A model generated the notes under the pieces. It was not told where the DNA came from and did not search any database. It worked only from the letters and a program-made list of their open reading frames with translations. A stretch of 64,000 nt of DNA from Desulfobacterales bacterium (lineage in GTDB: Bacteria > Desulfobacterota > Desulfobacteria > Desulfobacterales > UBA2174). This document shows, one piece after another, positions 33,766-43,800 of the stretch (its first letter is position 1; each line of letters starts with the position of its first letter). The translations under genes and the position numbers were made by a program. The stretch lies in the NCBI GenBank assembly GCA_963668645.2, contig CAXXWC010000021.1, forward strand, positions 896,001-960,000, read 5' to 3'.

Positions 33766-35687
33766 CCTCCTCCCACCAAGGTCAGGCCGGCGGCCATGAC
33801 GACGGCCAGCCAAATCAGGTATCCGTTCAGGTCCCCGTCGTGCATCCCGGCGGTCAGGGAAAGGTAAGGGCGGATGGCTTCCTTGAAGCCCCAGTAGAGG
33901 TTGTGGGCCCCGATGCCCTGATCGATGTCTTGCAAATCGCCCGAGTTGTAAGGCTTGGCCAGCCCCGGTGGCACATCCCGGTCGCGCCGGAAAGCGATGC
34001 GCACCCAGACCAGCACCAGTGCCAGGATGCTAAAAAGCAACGCCAACCAGACCCCTGGGTGCCAGTAGATGCGCGCCATGACCTGCCCGGGGGCCGCGGC
34101 GACGCTTCCGGGCGGTGGACCGGCCCCCGGAACCAGGCTGGCCACAGCCGGCCCGATCAGGTGGCGCACGGCCTGATCTGGCCAGATCCCCAGGGCCACG
34201 ATGGCCAGAGCCATGATCCCCATGGCCGTTTTCATACCGGCCGAAAGGGTGAAGGGGCGCACCAGGTCGTCGCGCCGCACCCCGAGAAACGAGCCGTAGA
34301 ATACCTTGACGAAAGAGACCAAGGTCAGCACGGAAACGAAGATCGCCAGCATGGCCAGCAAGGGGCTGTAGCGGAACACGCTCTGGTAGATGATCAGCTT
34401 GGAGGCGAACCCGTTGAAGGGCGGGATGCCGGCGATGGCCAGGGCCCCGATGATGAAGACCACTGTGGTGAACCGGTCGTGGTGGGCCAGGCCGATCATG
34501 CGGTTGAGGTTGCGCGTGCCGTAGCGTGCCGCCATGACCCCGGCGGTGAGAAACAACAACCCCTTGTACAGGGCGTTGTTGAGAATATGAAAAATCCCGC
34601 CGGTCATGGCCGTGCGGCCGTAGTCGGCAAAGGCGGCCCCGCCGTCGGGGGCGGCGTGCAGGGCCAGCCCCACGCCGATGCCCACCAGCATATAGCCGGT
34701 CTGGGACACAGAGTGGAAGGCCATCAGGCGCATCACATCGTCCTGGATGATGGCCATGGTGACACCGACGAACATGGACAGGGCGCCCAGGACGATGATC
34801 CCGGCCCCCAGGGCCGGGTAACCGAAGAGGGTCGAAGCCGCCGGCAAGGGGGCTCCGAAGAGGGTGAAGGCCAGACGGAACAACCCGTAGAGGCTGGTCT
34901 GGCTGGCCACCATCACCAGGGCCGTGACCGGGGCCGGGGCCTCGCCGTAGGTGTCCGGCACCCACATGTGCATCGGGATGGCGCCGCATTTCATCGCCAG
35001 GGGCACGAGCATGAGCACCAGGGCGATCCGGTCGAGCTGCGTGGCAGCCAGCACCTGGTGCAGGTAGCGCATGTTGAACGATCCGTACTGGGCATAGAGC
35101 AGGCCGATGCCCACCAGAAAGAAGGTGGTGGCCACCGCACTGATCAGCATGTACTTGAAGCCGGCATAGGGCGGGTGGGGCCGGTCGCTGCGGTAGGCCA
35201 CCAGGGCCGCGGCACCGATGGAAATGATCTCCAGAAAGACGAAGAAGTTGAACAGGTCGCCGGTGAAACAAAGCCCCAGCATCCCGGCCAGCATGAGCAT
35301 CTTGATCGCGTAATAGTAGGGCTGGCGCTTGGCCTCGGCCATGAAGTGGACCGCATACAAGACGCTGCACAGGGCCACGATGCCGGCCACCAGGGCCATG
35401 AAGGCCCCGAAGGCGTCCACGTTGAAAACGATGCGCAGCGGAAAGGCCAGGCCCGCCGGTGCGCATCGTCCCGGATCCATGGCCCCGACGGCATAGACCA
35501 GCTCACGGCCTTCCAGGCAGACCCGGGCAAAGACATGCAGCAGCATCAGGTCGACGGCCACGACCGTACTGATCGCCAGAACCTGGCCCGCGCCTCGCGC
35601 CCGGCCGGAAAAGGCCGGCAGCAGGAAGGCGGCCAGAAACGGCAGGGCCACCACCAGGACCGGGAAATGATCACTCATGGTGTTCAA
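33756..35687 (-). CDS. mbhH: MrpD-like antiporter subunit with C-terminal MbhI-like extension
   Basis: TGDLFNFFVFLEI, MKCGAIPMHMWVPD, GIPPFNGFASK; tail KPYNSG...NLYWG...MHDGDLNGYL. Confidence 0.9.
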   Translation of the reverse strand: MNTMSDHFPVLVVALPFLAAFLLPAFSGRARGAGQVLAISTVVAVDLMLLHVFARVCLEGRELVYAVGAMDPGRCAPAGLAFPLRIVFNVDAFGAFMALVAGIVALCSVLYAVHFMAEAKRQPYYYAIKMLMLAGMLGLCFTGDLFNFFVFLEIISIGAAALVAYRSDRPHPPYAGFKYMLISAVATTFFLVGIGLLYAQYGSFNMRYLHQVLAATQLDRIALVLMLVPLAMKCGAIPMHMWVPDTYGEAPAPVTALVMVASQTSLYGLFRLAFTLFGAPLPAASTLFGYPALGAGIIVLGALSMFVGVTMAIIQDDVMRLMAFHSVSQTGYMLVGIGVGLALHAAPDGGAAFADYGRTAMTGGIFHILNNALYKGLLFLTAGVMAARYGTRNLNRMIGLAHHDRFTTVVFIIGALAIAGIPPFNGFASKLIIYQSVFRYSPLLAMLAIFVSVLTLVSFVKVFYGSFLGVRRDDLVRPFTLSAGMKTAMGIMALAIVALGIWPDQAVRHLIGPAVASLVPGAGPPPGSVAAAPGQVMARIYWHPGVWLALLFSILALVLVWVRIAFRRDRDVPPGLAKPYNSGDLQDIDQGIGAHNLYWGFKEAIRPYLSLTAGMHDGDLNGYLIWLAVVMAAGLTLVGGGWL

Positions 35688-36030
35688 TCCCCTTTAGCCG
35701 TTCGGTCTCGACGGTGCCGTTTTGGCGGCCGGTGAGCACCGCCAGGGTGATCATCAGGGCCGTGGTGGCAAACCCGATGACGATGTTGGTCAGGATCAGG
35801 GCCTGGGGCGTGGGCAGCACCATAATGAGCGGTCCCGGAGTCCAGGCCTGGGTGAAGATCGGCGCCGTGGCCCCGGACCGGTAACCCAAAGAGACCAGGA
35901 AAAGGTTGACCCCGGCCTCCATGATATTCACCGCGATGGTGATCTTGATCAGGTTGCGCCGGAAGAGGACCCCGTAAAGACCGAGCACCAGCAGTCCCAT
36001 GACGCTCAGGTAAAGGATGTGGGGAACCAT
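35671..36030 (-). CDS. mbhG: MrpC-like subunit
   Basis: NLIKITIAVNIMEAGVNLFLV...PTPQALILTNIVIG. Confidence 0.9.
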   Translation of the reverse strand: MVPHILYLSVMGLLVLGLYGVLFRRNLIKITIAVNIMEAGVNLFLVSLGYRSGATAPIFTQAWTPGPLIMVLPTPQALILTNIVIGFATTALMITLAVLTGRQNGTVETERLKGIEHHE

Positions 36031-36109
36031 GGGCACCTCCCTCCAGTTCACGGCATGATGCTTCGATCTCCCAGAACTTTTTGAAGACAGGCGAAATACT
36101 GGGCGCCTG

Positions 36110-36937
36110 TCATTGGCCGGAATCCTCCCGGCACCCGAATCCGGAAACCTGCACCAGCAGCACCAGGATGATGCTCAAGCCGCAAAAGACTTCCAGCCCC
36201 ACGGAAATGTTGAGCAGCGGCAGGATTCCGCCGCTGAGCAGCTCGCCGCCGTTGGGGCCGAGGGCCACCGTACGGCCCAGGGGCAGATCCGGCCGGGCAG
36301 CGAGAAAGTTGCGAAGAAAGGCGGTCCCCAGCCCGGCCAATCCCAGCCCCACGAAAGCGACCAGCCCGGCCGATTCGAAGATCGCCAACCACCCGCGGAT
36401 GACGCCAGGTGCGCGGCCCAGGCGCTGCGCCACCAGGGCCAGGGCCGTGGCCGAAGCCATGACGGCCCCGCCCTGGAACCCGCCGCCCGGCGACAGGTGG
36501 CCGTGCACCACCACATAGGCCCCGAATACCAGGATCGCCGGATAGACGAGCGCCACGGCCAGCCGGACCACCAGGCTCTCGCCTCTCCCGGCCTCCGGGT
36601 CCGGAGGCCTGTCGCTTTCCGGTCTCAGGCCCGGAATGAGCAGCATGGTGATGCTGGCCACGGTGAGAAAGAGCACCGCGGCTTCTCCCATGGTGTCCAG
36701 GCCGCGATAGTCGAAGACCACGCTGGTGACGATGTTGTTGGAGCCGGTTTCGGCCTGGCCGAAGCGCAGAAAATAATCGTCCATCGTCGTTGGAAGAGTC
36801 GGGACGCCGGTGGTCGAACCGACCTGCGCCAGCACGGCCGGATTGCCGGGGGGGATGCCCACCGGATGCAGATGGGCTGCAGCGGCGAGCAAAAAGGCCA
36901 ACAGCCAGGTCAGGCAGATGAAACCGGCGATCCTCAT
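36110..36937 (-). CDS. MrpB-like subunit (MbhE+MbhF fused)
   Basis: NIVTSVVFDYRGLDTMGE followed by HGHLSPGGGFQGG. Confidence 0.88.
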   Translation of the reverse strand: MRIAGFICLTWLLAFLLAAAAHLHPVGIPPGNPAVLAQVGSTTGVPTLPTTMDDYFLRFGQAETGSNNIVTSVVFDYRGLDTMGEAAVLFLTVASITMLLIPGLRPESDRPPDPEAGRGESLVVRLAVALVYPAILVFGAYVVVHGHLSPGGGFQGGAVMASATALALVAQRLGRAPGVIRGWLAIFESAGLVAFVGLGLAGLGTAFLRNFLAARPDLPLGRTVALGPNGGELLSGGILPLLNISVGLEVFCGLSIILVLLVQVSGFGCREDSGQ

Positions 36938-37179
36938 GTCTCCTCCTTGCGCCCGGCCATGACCACGGCGATGACAAACACCACCGTGGTCAGACAGGCC
37001 CCGATACCCGCCTCGGCGATGGCCACATCCGGGGCGTCCAGCAGGAAAAAAATCACTGTGAGCACGAGGCTGAAAGCGGCAAAAACCAGCACGGCCACCA
37101 GAAGATCGCGAGTAAAAAGGATAATCGCCGCAGCAATCAGAAGCGCGGCCAAAAGCACCCCGAAAAGGATACCGTTCAC
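36934..37179 (-). CDS. mbhD: DUF4040 / MbhD-like subunit
   Basis: APDVAIAEAGIGA. Confidence 0.88.
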   Translation of the reverse strand: MNGILFGVLLAALLIAAAIILFTRDLLVAVLVFAAFSLVLTVIFFLLDAPDVAIAEAGIGACLTTVVFVIAVVMAGRKEET

Positions 37180-37535
37180 GGCGCGCCTCCTTTCCGGGCC
37201 TGCCGGTCTGCCTTGAGTTCATCTAAGCGCACGCGGCGCGGCCGGTCCCCGCGCAGGTAGGATGCCCGGGCGATGGCGTGGGCCCCCACCGGATTGGTGG
37301 CCAGTACGACAGCCAGGGCCACCAGACTGTGAACCGCCAGGGTCAATCCAACCACGCCGCCGATGCGGATCCCGTCCAGCACCACGGCCAGCACGATGAA
37401 GATGGTGGCCAGGGTCGTGGTCTTGGTGGCCGCATGCAACCGGGTATAGACATCCGGGAAGCGAAAAAGCCCCACGATGCTCAGGGTGTTGAAGAAAAGG
37501 CCGAGACCGATGAGAATGTAAACGGCGGCTTCCAT
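37176..37535 (-). CDS. mbhC: MrpG-like subunit
   Basis: GLFRFPDVYTRLHAATK, TNPVGAHAIARA. Confidence 0.92.
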   Translation of the reverse strand: MEAAVYILIGLGLFFNTLSIVGLFRFPDVYTRLHAATKTTTLATIFIVLAVVLDGIRIGGVVGLTLAVHSLVALAVVLATNPVGAHAIARASYLRGDRPRRVRLDELKADRQARKGGAP

Positions 37536-37539
37536 GAGG

Positions 37540-37797
37540 TCAGCGCCTCCTTTCCATCAGCTTGGCGACAAACAGGGTTCCCACGAAAGAAACCAGGCCG
37601 TAAACGATGGCGATATCGACGTAGAGCGCCTTTTGCTGGCCTGCCCCCAGCAGGACCAGCAGGGCCACCACGATGGTGTTGATGGTGTCCAGGGCCACCA
37701 CCCGCTCGGGAACCGTGCGGCTCAGCGCCATGCGCACCAGGGCCAGCAGGATGTTGAGGCCCAACACGAGGGCCGAAACCAGCCAGAAGGTCGTCAT
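37540..37797 (-). CDS. mbhB: MrpF-like subunit
   Basis: ERVVALDTI, YVDIAIVYGLVSFVGT; ATGA coupling to the upstream gene. Confidence 0.9.
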   Translation of the reverse strand: MTTFWLVSALVLGLNILLALVRMALSRTVPERVVALDTINTIVVALLVLLGAGQQKALYVDIAIVYGLVSFVGTLFVAKLMERRR

Positions 37798-38441
37798 GGA
37801 ACCCGCCTTGGACGCGACAGCCAGCGGACCCAGGGCAGAAGACTGCCCGCCACAGCCCGGGTGGCGGCTTCGCGGTCTTGGATCGTTTTCCAGTTCAGGC
37901 AATGGACGTAGAGCACCTTTTCATCTTCGTCCACCACCAGGGTCAGTGTGCCGGGCGACAGGGTTATGCAATTGGCCAGCAGGTAAAGGCCCATGGGGCT
38001 GTCGATACCCGGCTCGATGCGCACGATGGCAGGCTGGATACGACCGGTGACAATGCACCACAGCACTTCCAGATTGGCCTTGATCAGGGCATATAAGAAA
38101 GGTCCGATCAGGTAGACCACAGCGGCGCACCATCGGATCGGATCGAGCCATACGGTGGATAAGTCCCTTCCGGCGACGCGCCGGGCACCCCGGGCGCAAA
38201 GCAAACCGATCAGGATGGCGGCAAAAATCTCCGGCCAGGACCAGAGTCCCAAAATGTTGCCGCTGCCGGCGGCGAGCACCAGGTAGAGACAAAGTGGAAG
38301 TAAAAACAGAACGGTGAATCGATATACCGGCTCCCAGGGCGGGACGGCCGGATGATGAACATCAGGAGTGCGGCCCGGTGGCATGGTGGCCGGCGGATTC
38401 ACGTCGGCTTGAGCCTGAGATGAAACGCCCGTGACGGCCAT
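37794..38441 (-). CDS. mbhA: MrpE-like subunit
   Basis: IQPAIVRI, LANCITLSPGTLT, LYVHCL; AGGAGG RBS before 38441. Confidence 0.9.
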   Translation of the reverse strand: MAVTGVSSQAQADVNPPATMPPGRTPDVHHPAVPPWEPVYRFTVLFLLPLCLYLVLAAGSGNILGLWSWPEIFAAILIGLLCARGARRVAGRDLSTVWLDPIRWCAAVVYLIGPFLYALIKANLEVLWCIVTGRIQPAIVRIEPGIDSPMGLYLLANCITLSPGTLTLVVDEDEKVLYVHCLNWKTIQDREAATRAVAGSLLPWVRWLSRPRRVP

Positions 38442-38526
38442 GGGGGACACCTCCTGCTTTCCTGAATACGGGAGGGATGAGCGGGTGTCCGCCTTCCTGC
38501 GGCAGCGGCAATTTTCGTTAATACAG

Positions 38527-38543
38527 AGCAAATTGCATGCCGA
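38527..38543 (-). promoter_or_regulatory. Putative sigma-54 (-24/-12) promoter of the mbh operon
   Basis: Minus strand TCGGCATGCAATTTGCT: GG-N10-GC, about 85 bp upstream of the first gene. Confidence 0.6.
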
Positions 38544-38710
38544 TTGGATGGCCCTTTCTTGATGTGGCCGGAATGATGCGATAGCGGGCGGTTGGCAGCG
38601 CCGGGGTAAAAAATAGGCGGCAGGATCCGAACTGGAAGTGGAAACTGCCAGGCGTCAGACGTCCACTGGCAGGCGACAGCCAACAAGGGATAGTTTACAG
38701 GATAAATACT

Positions 38711-39835
38711 TTGGGGCATTATGCTAAAATGGCTGCTTCGACACAGATCCCTTTCCAAAACCCGAAAGCGAAACGGACACGGATGGCCGCCGCGATCCTG
38801 GCCCTCGGCATCTGCCTGGCGTTTTTTACAACGGCCACGGCCGAGTGCGGGATTTACCAATATCGGCGCAGCGACGGCGTCTTGGTCTTTACCGACAACC
38901 CCAACGACGTGCCGCCTGAGGCCCGGGCTATAAACAACGGGGGATCAAACGCGGCGCGTTCGGGCAAGCCCCGCGATCTGGCCGCGCAACTGGCCCGGCA
39001 AACCCCGCGCAATCCTATCGAAAAGGCTGTACTGGCCACCGTCGCCGTCAAAAGCGGAAAGGGCTTGGGCTCGGGCTTTTTCGTGACCGAGAATGGCTTT
39101 ATCATCACCAACCGGCATGTGATCCGAACCCCGCCGCAGGTCGAAAAGGCGCGTGCGGTGCGCATCGAATACATAGATTCACAGGCTGAGGAATTCTATG
39201 CCCAGGTTGCAGCCGAGCAGGAGCGCCTGGATGCTTCCCGGGCCAAACTGGAAGGCTACCGCCGCCGCATGCGCCGGGCCGATTATGAACGGAACCTCGA
39301 CTCGCTGGAAGATTGGCAGCAGAAGTTGGACCGCCAGCGCCGCGAGATCCAAGACAAGCACGAAGCCTTGCGCCAGGAACAAGCAGAGGCAGAGGCCCGC
39401 GATCGGCTCACCGACCTGGATCGCGTCTTTGATGTCTTTTTAGCCGACAACACGAAGCTGCACGCCTTTCTGGTGGCCGTGGATGAAAAATGGGACCTGG
39501 CATTGCTCAAGATCGACGGATACCGTGTCCCGCGGTTGACGTCTGCGGCCCCGCGAGAAGTCCCATTGGGGGACCCGGTCTATGCCGTGGGCAATCCGGC
39601 GGCCCTGCGCAATTCTGTGGCCAAGGGGGTGCTTTCCGGGTATGAGGGCGGATGGATCAAAACCGACGCCCGCATCTACCCGGGCAACAGCGGCGGCCCT
39701 CTGATCAACGCCTCGGGCCGCGTTTTGGGCGTCAACACATTCAAACAGCTCACCGAACGCTATGAAGGCCTTGGTTTTGCCGTTCCCATCCAGACGGTCG
39801 CCCAGGTCTTTGCCCGCCACCTGCCGCAGCAATAA
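38711..39835 (+). CDS. Secreted trypsin-like (S1C) serine protease with DUF4124-like N-terminus (start probably at MAAAIL)
   Basis: Signal peptide; IYQYRRSDGVLVFTDNP; GSGF, TNRHV, DLALLK, GNSGGP. Confidence 0.88.
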   Translation: MGHYAKMAASTQIPFQNPKAKRTRMAAAILALGICLAFFTTATAECGIYQYRRSDGVLVFTDNPNDVPPEARAINNGGSNAARSGKPRDLAAQLARQTPRNPIEKAVLATVAVKSGKGLGSGFFVTENGFIITNRHVIRTPPQVEKARAVRIEYIDSQAEEFYAQVAAEQERLDASRAKLEGYRRRMRRADYERNLDSLEDWQQKLDRQRREIQDKHEALRQEQAEAEARDRLTDLDRVFDVFLADNTKLHAFLVAVDEKWDLALLKIDGYRVPRLTSAAPREVPLGDPVYAVGNPAALRNSVAKGVLSGYEGGWIKTDARIYPGNSGGPLINASGRVLGVNTFKQLTERYEGLGFAVPIQTVAQVFARHLPQQ

Positions 39836-40045
39836 TATAAATCACTTCAATCCATCAAAAACGTGTCCTCCTTTCGTCACCTGGCGATGGACAGGACTGT
39901 CCACTGCCCGGATGCCAGCTTGTCAAAAAGAGAATAAGGCCCATGACTCACACAAAAGGGAACAAATGATAAAATACTATTTTACAACAAACTGTTAGTC
40001 ACAGAATCGGAACGAAGACCTCAAAGATGAAAAAGGTGGAATCAA

Positions 40046-40061
40046 TGGCGCGTAATTTGCT
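40046..40061 (+). promoter_or_regulatory. Putative sigma-54 promoter of the [FeFe]-hydrogenase operon
   Basis: TGGCGCGTAATTTGCT: GG-N10-GC, preceded by an AT-rich tract. Confidence 0.7.
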
Positions 40062-40360
40062 TCACTTTAGTTTCATTTATTTTAGTGAACACTGTGGTGC
40101 GCAACGATGGAAGGTATGGTGCCATGGTTTTGATTGCCGACACATTACCTGATCCCGGGGGTTAAGTTCCTCTCAAAACCGACGCACGGGCTCCGAGCAC
40201 GAAACGATCGTCTCGATCAGTTCGAGCGGCCTTTGTGCACCGCATCTGTTCCCATCCTTCCGATGCCGCCATATTGATGGCGTAAATATACCCCTAATCG
40301 TAAAACAGAAGCTGACTCACAGAAATTCAATTCTTCCGATTCCCGCTCTGGAGGTGACCT

Positions 40361-40870
40361 ATGTTGCAGAAAATGGAGACTTGCGAAACATCGGGTGAGG
40401 AATTCTCGCCTGAACAGTGGCGCGCGGTCGATGCTATCATCGAAAGGCATCGATTGAAACCCGGTGTACTGATACCTGTCCTGGAGGAGATTCAAGAGAC
40501 GGTCGGATATTTGCCCGAGCCGCTTCAGCGGCGCGTGGCCAAGGGGCTGGAGGTCCCCCTGAGCCAGGTCTACGGGGTGGTAACCTTTTATTCGTATTTT
40601 ACGATGAAGCCGCGCGGCAGGCATGAAGTCAAGGTCTGCCTCGGCACGGCCTGCCATGTCCGTGGCGGTCAGAAGCTGCTCGATGCCGTCGAACAGAAAC
40701 TGGACATCTGCCCGGGCGATTGCACCGCCGACCGCCATTACAGCCTCGATGTGGTGCGCTGCATCGGGGCTTGCGGGGTGGCGCCGATCATGGTGGTTGA
40801 CAAGGATGTTCACAAGCAGGTCAAGCCGGCAAAGATAGAGGAGATCCTGGGCAAGTACCGGAAGGAATAA
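40361..40870 (+). CDS. NuoE/HydC-like [2Fe-2S] subunit
   Basis: GVVTFYSYF, VCLGTACHVRG, RCIGACGVAP. Confidence 0.95.
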   Translation: MLQKMETCETSGEEFSPEQWRAVDAIIERHRLKPGVLIPVLEEIQETVGYLPEPLQRRVAKGLEVPLSQVYGVVTFYSYFTMKPRGRHEVKVCLGTACHVRGGQKLLDAVEQKLDICPGDCTADRHYSLDVVRCIGACGVAPIMVVDKDVHKQVKPAKIEEILGKYRKE

Positions 40871-40898
40871 ACGTTCTCTGGACCATGAGGATAATAAA

Positions 40899-43800
40899 AT
40901 GACGGCTCAGAAAAGAGTAATGTACATCGCGGATCTGGATCGGATTCAGCAGGAGGTAGCCGTTGCAAGGGATCAGTTCTCCTACCATGCCATGATCTGC
41001 AGCGGCACCTCCTGTCAGGCCTCCGAGAGCCTGATGCTTCGTGACCGGCTCGCCGAGGCGCTTGTCAAACATAACATCGCGGGCAAAGTCCATCTCGTGG
41101 AAACCGGCTGTATGGGATTTTGCGCCGTGGGCCCCCTGATGCGGGTCGAACCGGGCGACTACTTCTATCAGAAGCTGACACCGGAAGATATCGGCCGTAT
41201 CGTCGAAGAGCATTTTTTAAACAACCGCCCGGTCGAGGCGTTGATGTACAAGGATCCGGTCAGCGGTCAAACCATCCCCCATTTCCACCAGATTCCATTT
41301 ATCGCCCCCCAACAGCTCCTGGTACTGCATAACCGGGGGCTGATCAATCCGGAAAAAATCGACGATTACATCTGGCGCGACGGCTACCGCGCGGCTTTTA
41401 AAGCGCTTTTTGACATGACGCCGAGAGAGATTATCACCGAAGTCAAGGCTTCGGGTCTGCGCGGGCGCGGCGGCGGCGGATTCCCCACCGGGATCAAGTG
41501 GGAACTGTGCGCCGCATCCAAGGGCGATACCAAATACGTGATCTGCAACGCCGATGAGGGCGACCCGGGCGCATTCATGGATCGCAGCGTGCTCGAGGCC
41601 GACCCCCATGCGGTTTTGGAAGGCATGCTCATCGCCGCCCATGCCATCGGTGCCCATCAGGGCTACATCTACTGCCGGGCCGAATACCCCATCGCCATCC
41701 AGCGCCTGACCATCGCCATCGATCAGGCCAAGGCCTACGGGATGCTGGGAAAGGATATCTTCGGGTCGGGATTCGATTTCGAGGTCGAGATCTACCGTGG
41801 GGCCGGCGCCTTTGTCTGCGGAGAGGAGACCGCCCTGATGACCTCCATCGAAGGTCGCCGCGGCACCCCGCGGCCCCGGCCGCCCTTTCCGGCGGTATCC
41901 GGACTGTGGCAAAAACCGTCGATTCTCAACAATGTCGAAACCTTTGCCAACATCGGTCACATCATCGCCAACGGCGGCGAGCAGTACGCCCGGCTCGGCA
42001 CGCCGTCCAGCAAGGGAACCAAGATCTTCTCACTCACCGGCAAGGTCAACAACCAGGGACTGGTCGAGGTGCCGATGGGCACCACCCTGGGCCAGGTGAT
42101 CTTCGATATCGGCGGCGGCATCCCCGAAGGCAAGAAATTCAAAGCGGCCCAGCTCGGCGGTCCTTCGGGCGGATGCCTGCCGGTGGAACATCTCAACACG
42201 CCCATCGATTATGAAGAGATCCAGAAAGCCGGGGCCATCATGGGGTCCGGTGGCATGATCGTAATGGATGAAGATACGTGCATGGTCGACATGGCACGTT
42301 TCTTCATGGAGTTTTGCCAGGATGAATCCTGCGGCAAGTGCACCGCCTGCCGCGTCGGGACCAAGCGGATGCTGCAAATCCTGCAACGGATCTGCAAGGG
42401 CGGCGGCCAACCGGGCGATATCGCCCTGCTGGAAGATCTGGCCGAATCGATCAAGGACACCGCCCTGTGCGGGCTGGGACAAACCGCGCCCAACCCCGTG
42501 CTGAGCACCATCCGGTATTTTCGCGACGAATACGAGGCCCACATCAACGAGAAGCGCTGCCCGGCGGCGGTCTGCGGCGATCTTTTCGACGCGCCCTGCC
42601 AGCACGTATGCCCGGTGCAGATGGACATCCCGGCCTACATGGCGCTGGTGCGCGCCGGACGGCTCGACGATGCCTACAGACTGCTCAAACGGACCAATCC
42701 GTTTCCCAGCATCTGCGGGCGGGTCTGCGGCCACCCGTGCCAGAGCAAGTGCCGCCGCGGCCAGCTGGACGCACCGCTGGCCATCAAGAATATCAAGCGT
42801 TTCATCACCGACTACGCCGGCCGGCCGACCGTAGCCGCCATACCGGTGACGCACCCGGAGAGGATTGCCGTTGTCGGCGCCGGTCCGGCAGGCCTCAGCA
42901 TGGCCCTGGAAATGAAAAAGCGCGGCTATGCCGTCACCGTCTTCGAGTCGATGCCGCAAGCCGGCGGCATGCTGCGTTACGGGATTCCGGCCTATCGCCT
43001 GCCGCGTGACATCCTCGATCGCGAAATTGATGAAATCCTGGCCACCGGAGTGGAACTAAAAACCGGCACCCGCATCGGTCAGGATCTTGATTTTGACAGC
43101 CTGGACAAAGAGTTCGACATCGTTTTCATCGCTGCCGGCGCCCAGAAAAGCACGCCGCTGGGCCTGGCCAGCGACGATGCCCGGGGCGTTTACGGGGCCG
43201 TCGAATGGCTGCGGGACCTCAATCTGGGCCAAACCCCGCCCGTGGGTCAACATGTGGCGGTGATCGGCGGGGGCAATTCGGCCATTGATGCGGCCCGCAG
43301 CGCACTGAGGCTCGGGGCTGCCTCGGTGACCGTCTATTACCGGCGCGAACGCAAAGACATGCCGGCCCAGGAGGTGGAGATCGATGCCGCGGCCCACGAA
43401 GGGGTTCGCATCGAGACGCTGGTCAACCCGCTGCGGCTCCTGGTGGAAAACGGTGCGGTGGTGGGACTCGAAATGGCCCGCATGGCCCTGGGGCAGTTCG
43501 ATGCCAGTGGCCGAAAAAAAGCGGCGGCCATCGACGGGTCCCAGTTCCGGGTCGATGCGGACATGGTCATCTCGGCCATCGGACAGCGGGTCGACCTGGA
43601 CTTTCTGACTCCGGCAAGCCGGATCGTATCGGACGGGCGCGTCCTTGGCGTGGATGCCGACCTGAAAACCGCCAATCCCAAAGTATGGGCAGGCGGCGAT
43701 GTGGTCACCGGACCGGCGATGGTGATCGATGCGATCCGGGCCGGTCAGGATGCGGCCAGGGCCATCGACCAGGAGCTGCGCACCGCGGCCGGGCAGAAGC

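Noticed and set aside
33840..35735. 631-aa plus-strand ORF and similar long antisense ORFs (e.g. 31785-33086, 60344-61834)
   Set aside because: GC-rich shadow frames opposite well-supported genes, with no recognisable motifs.
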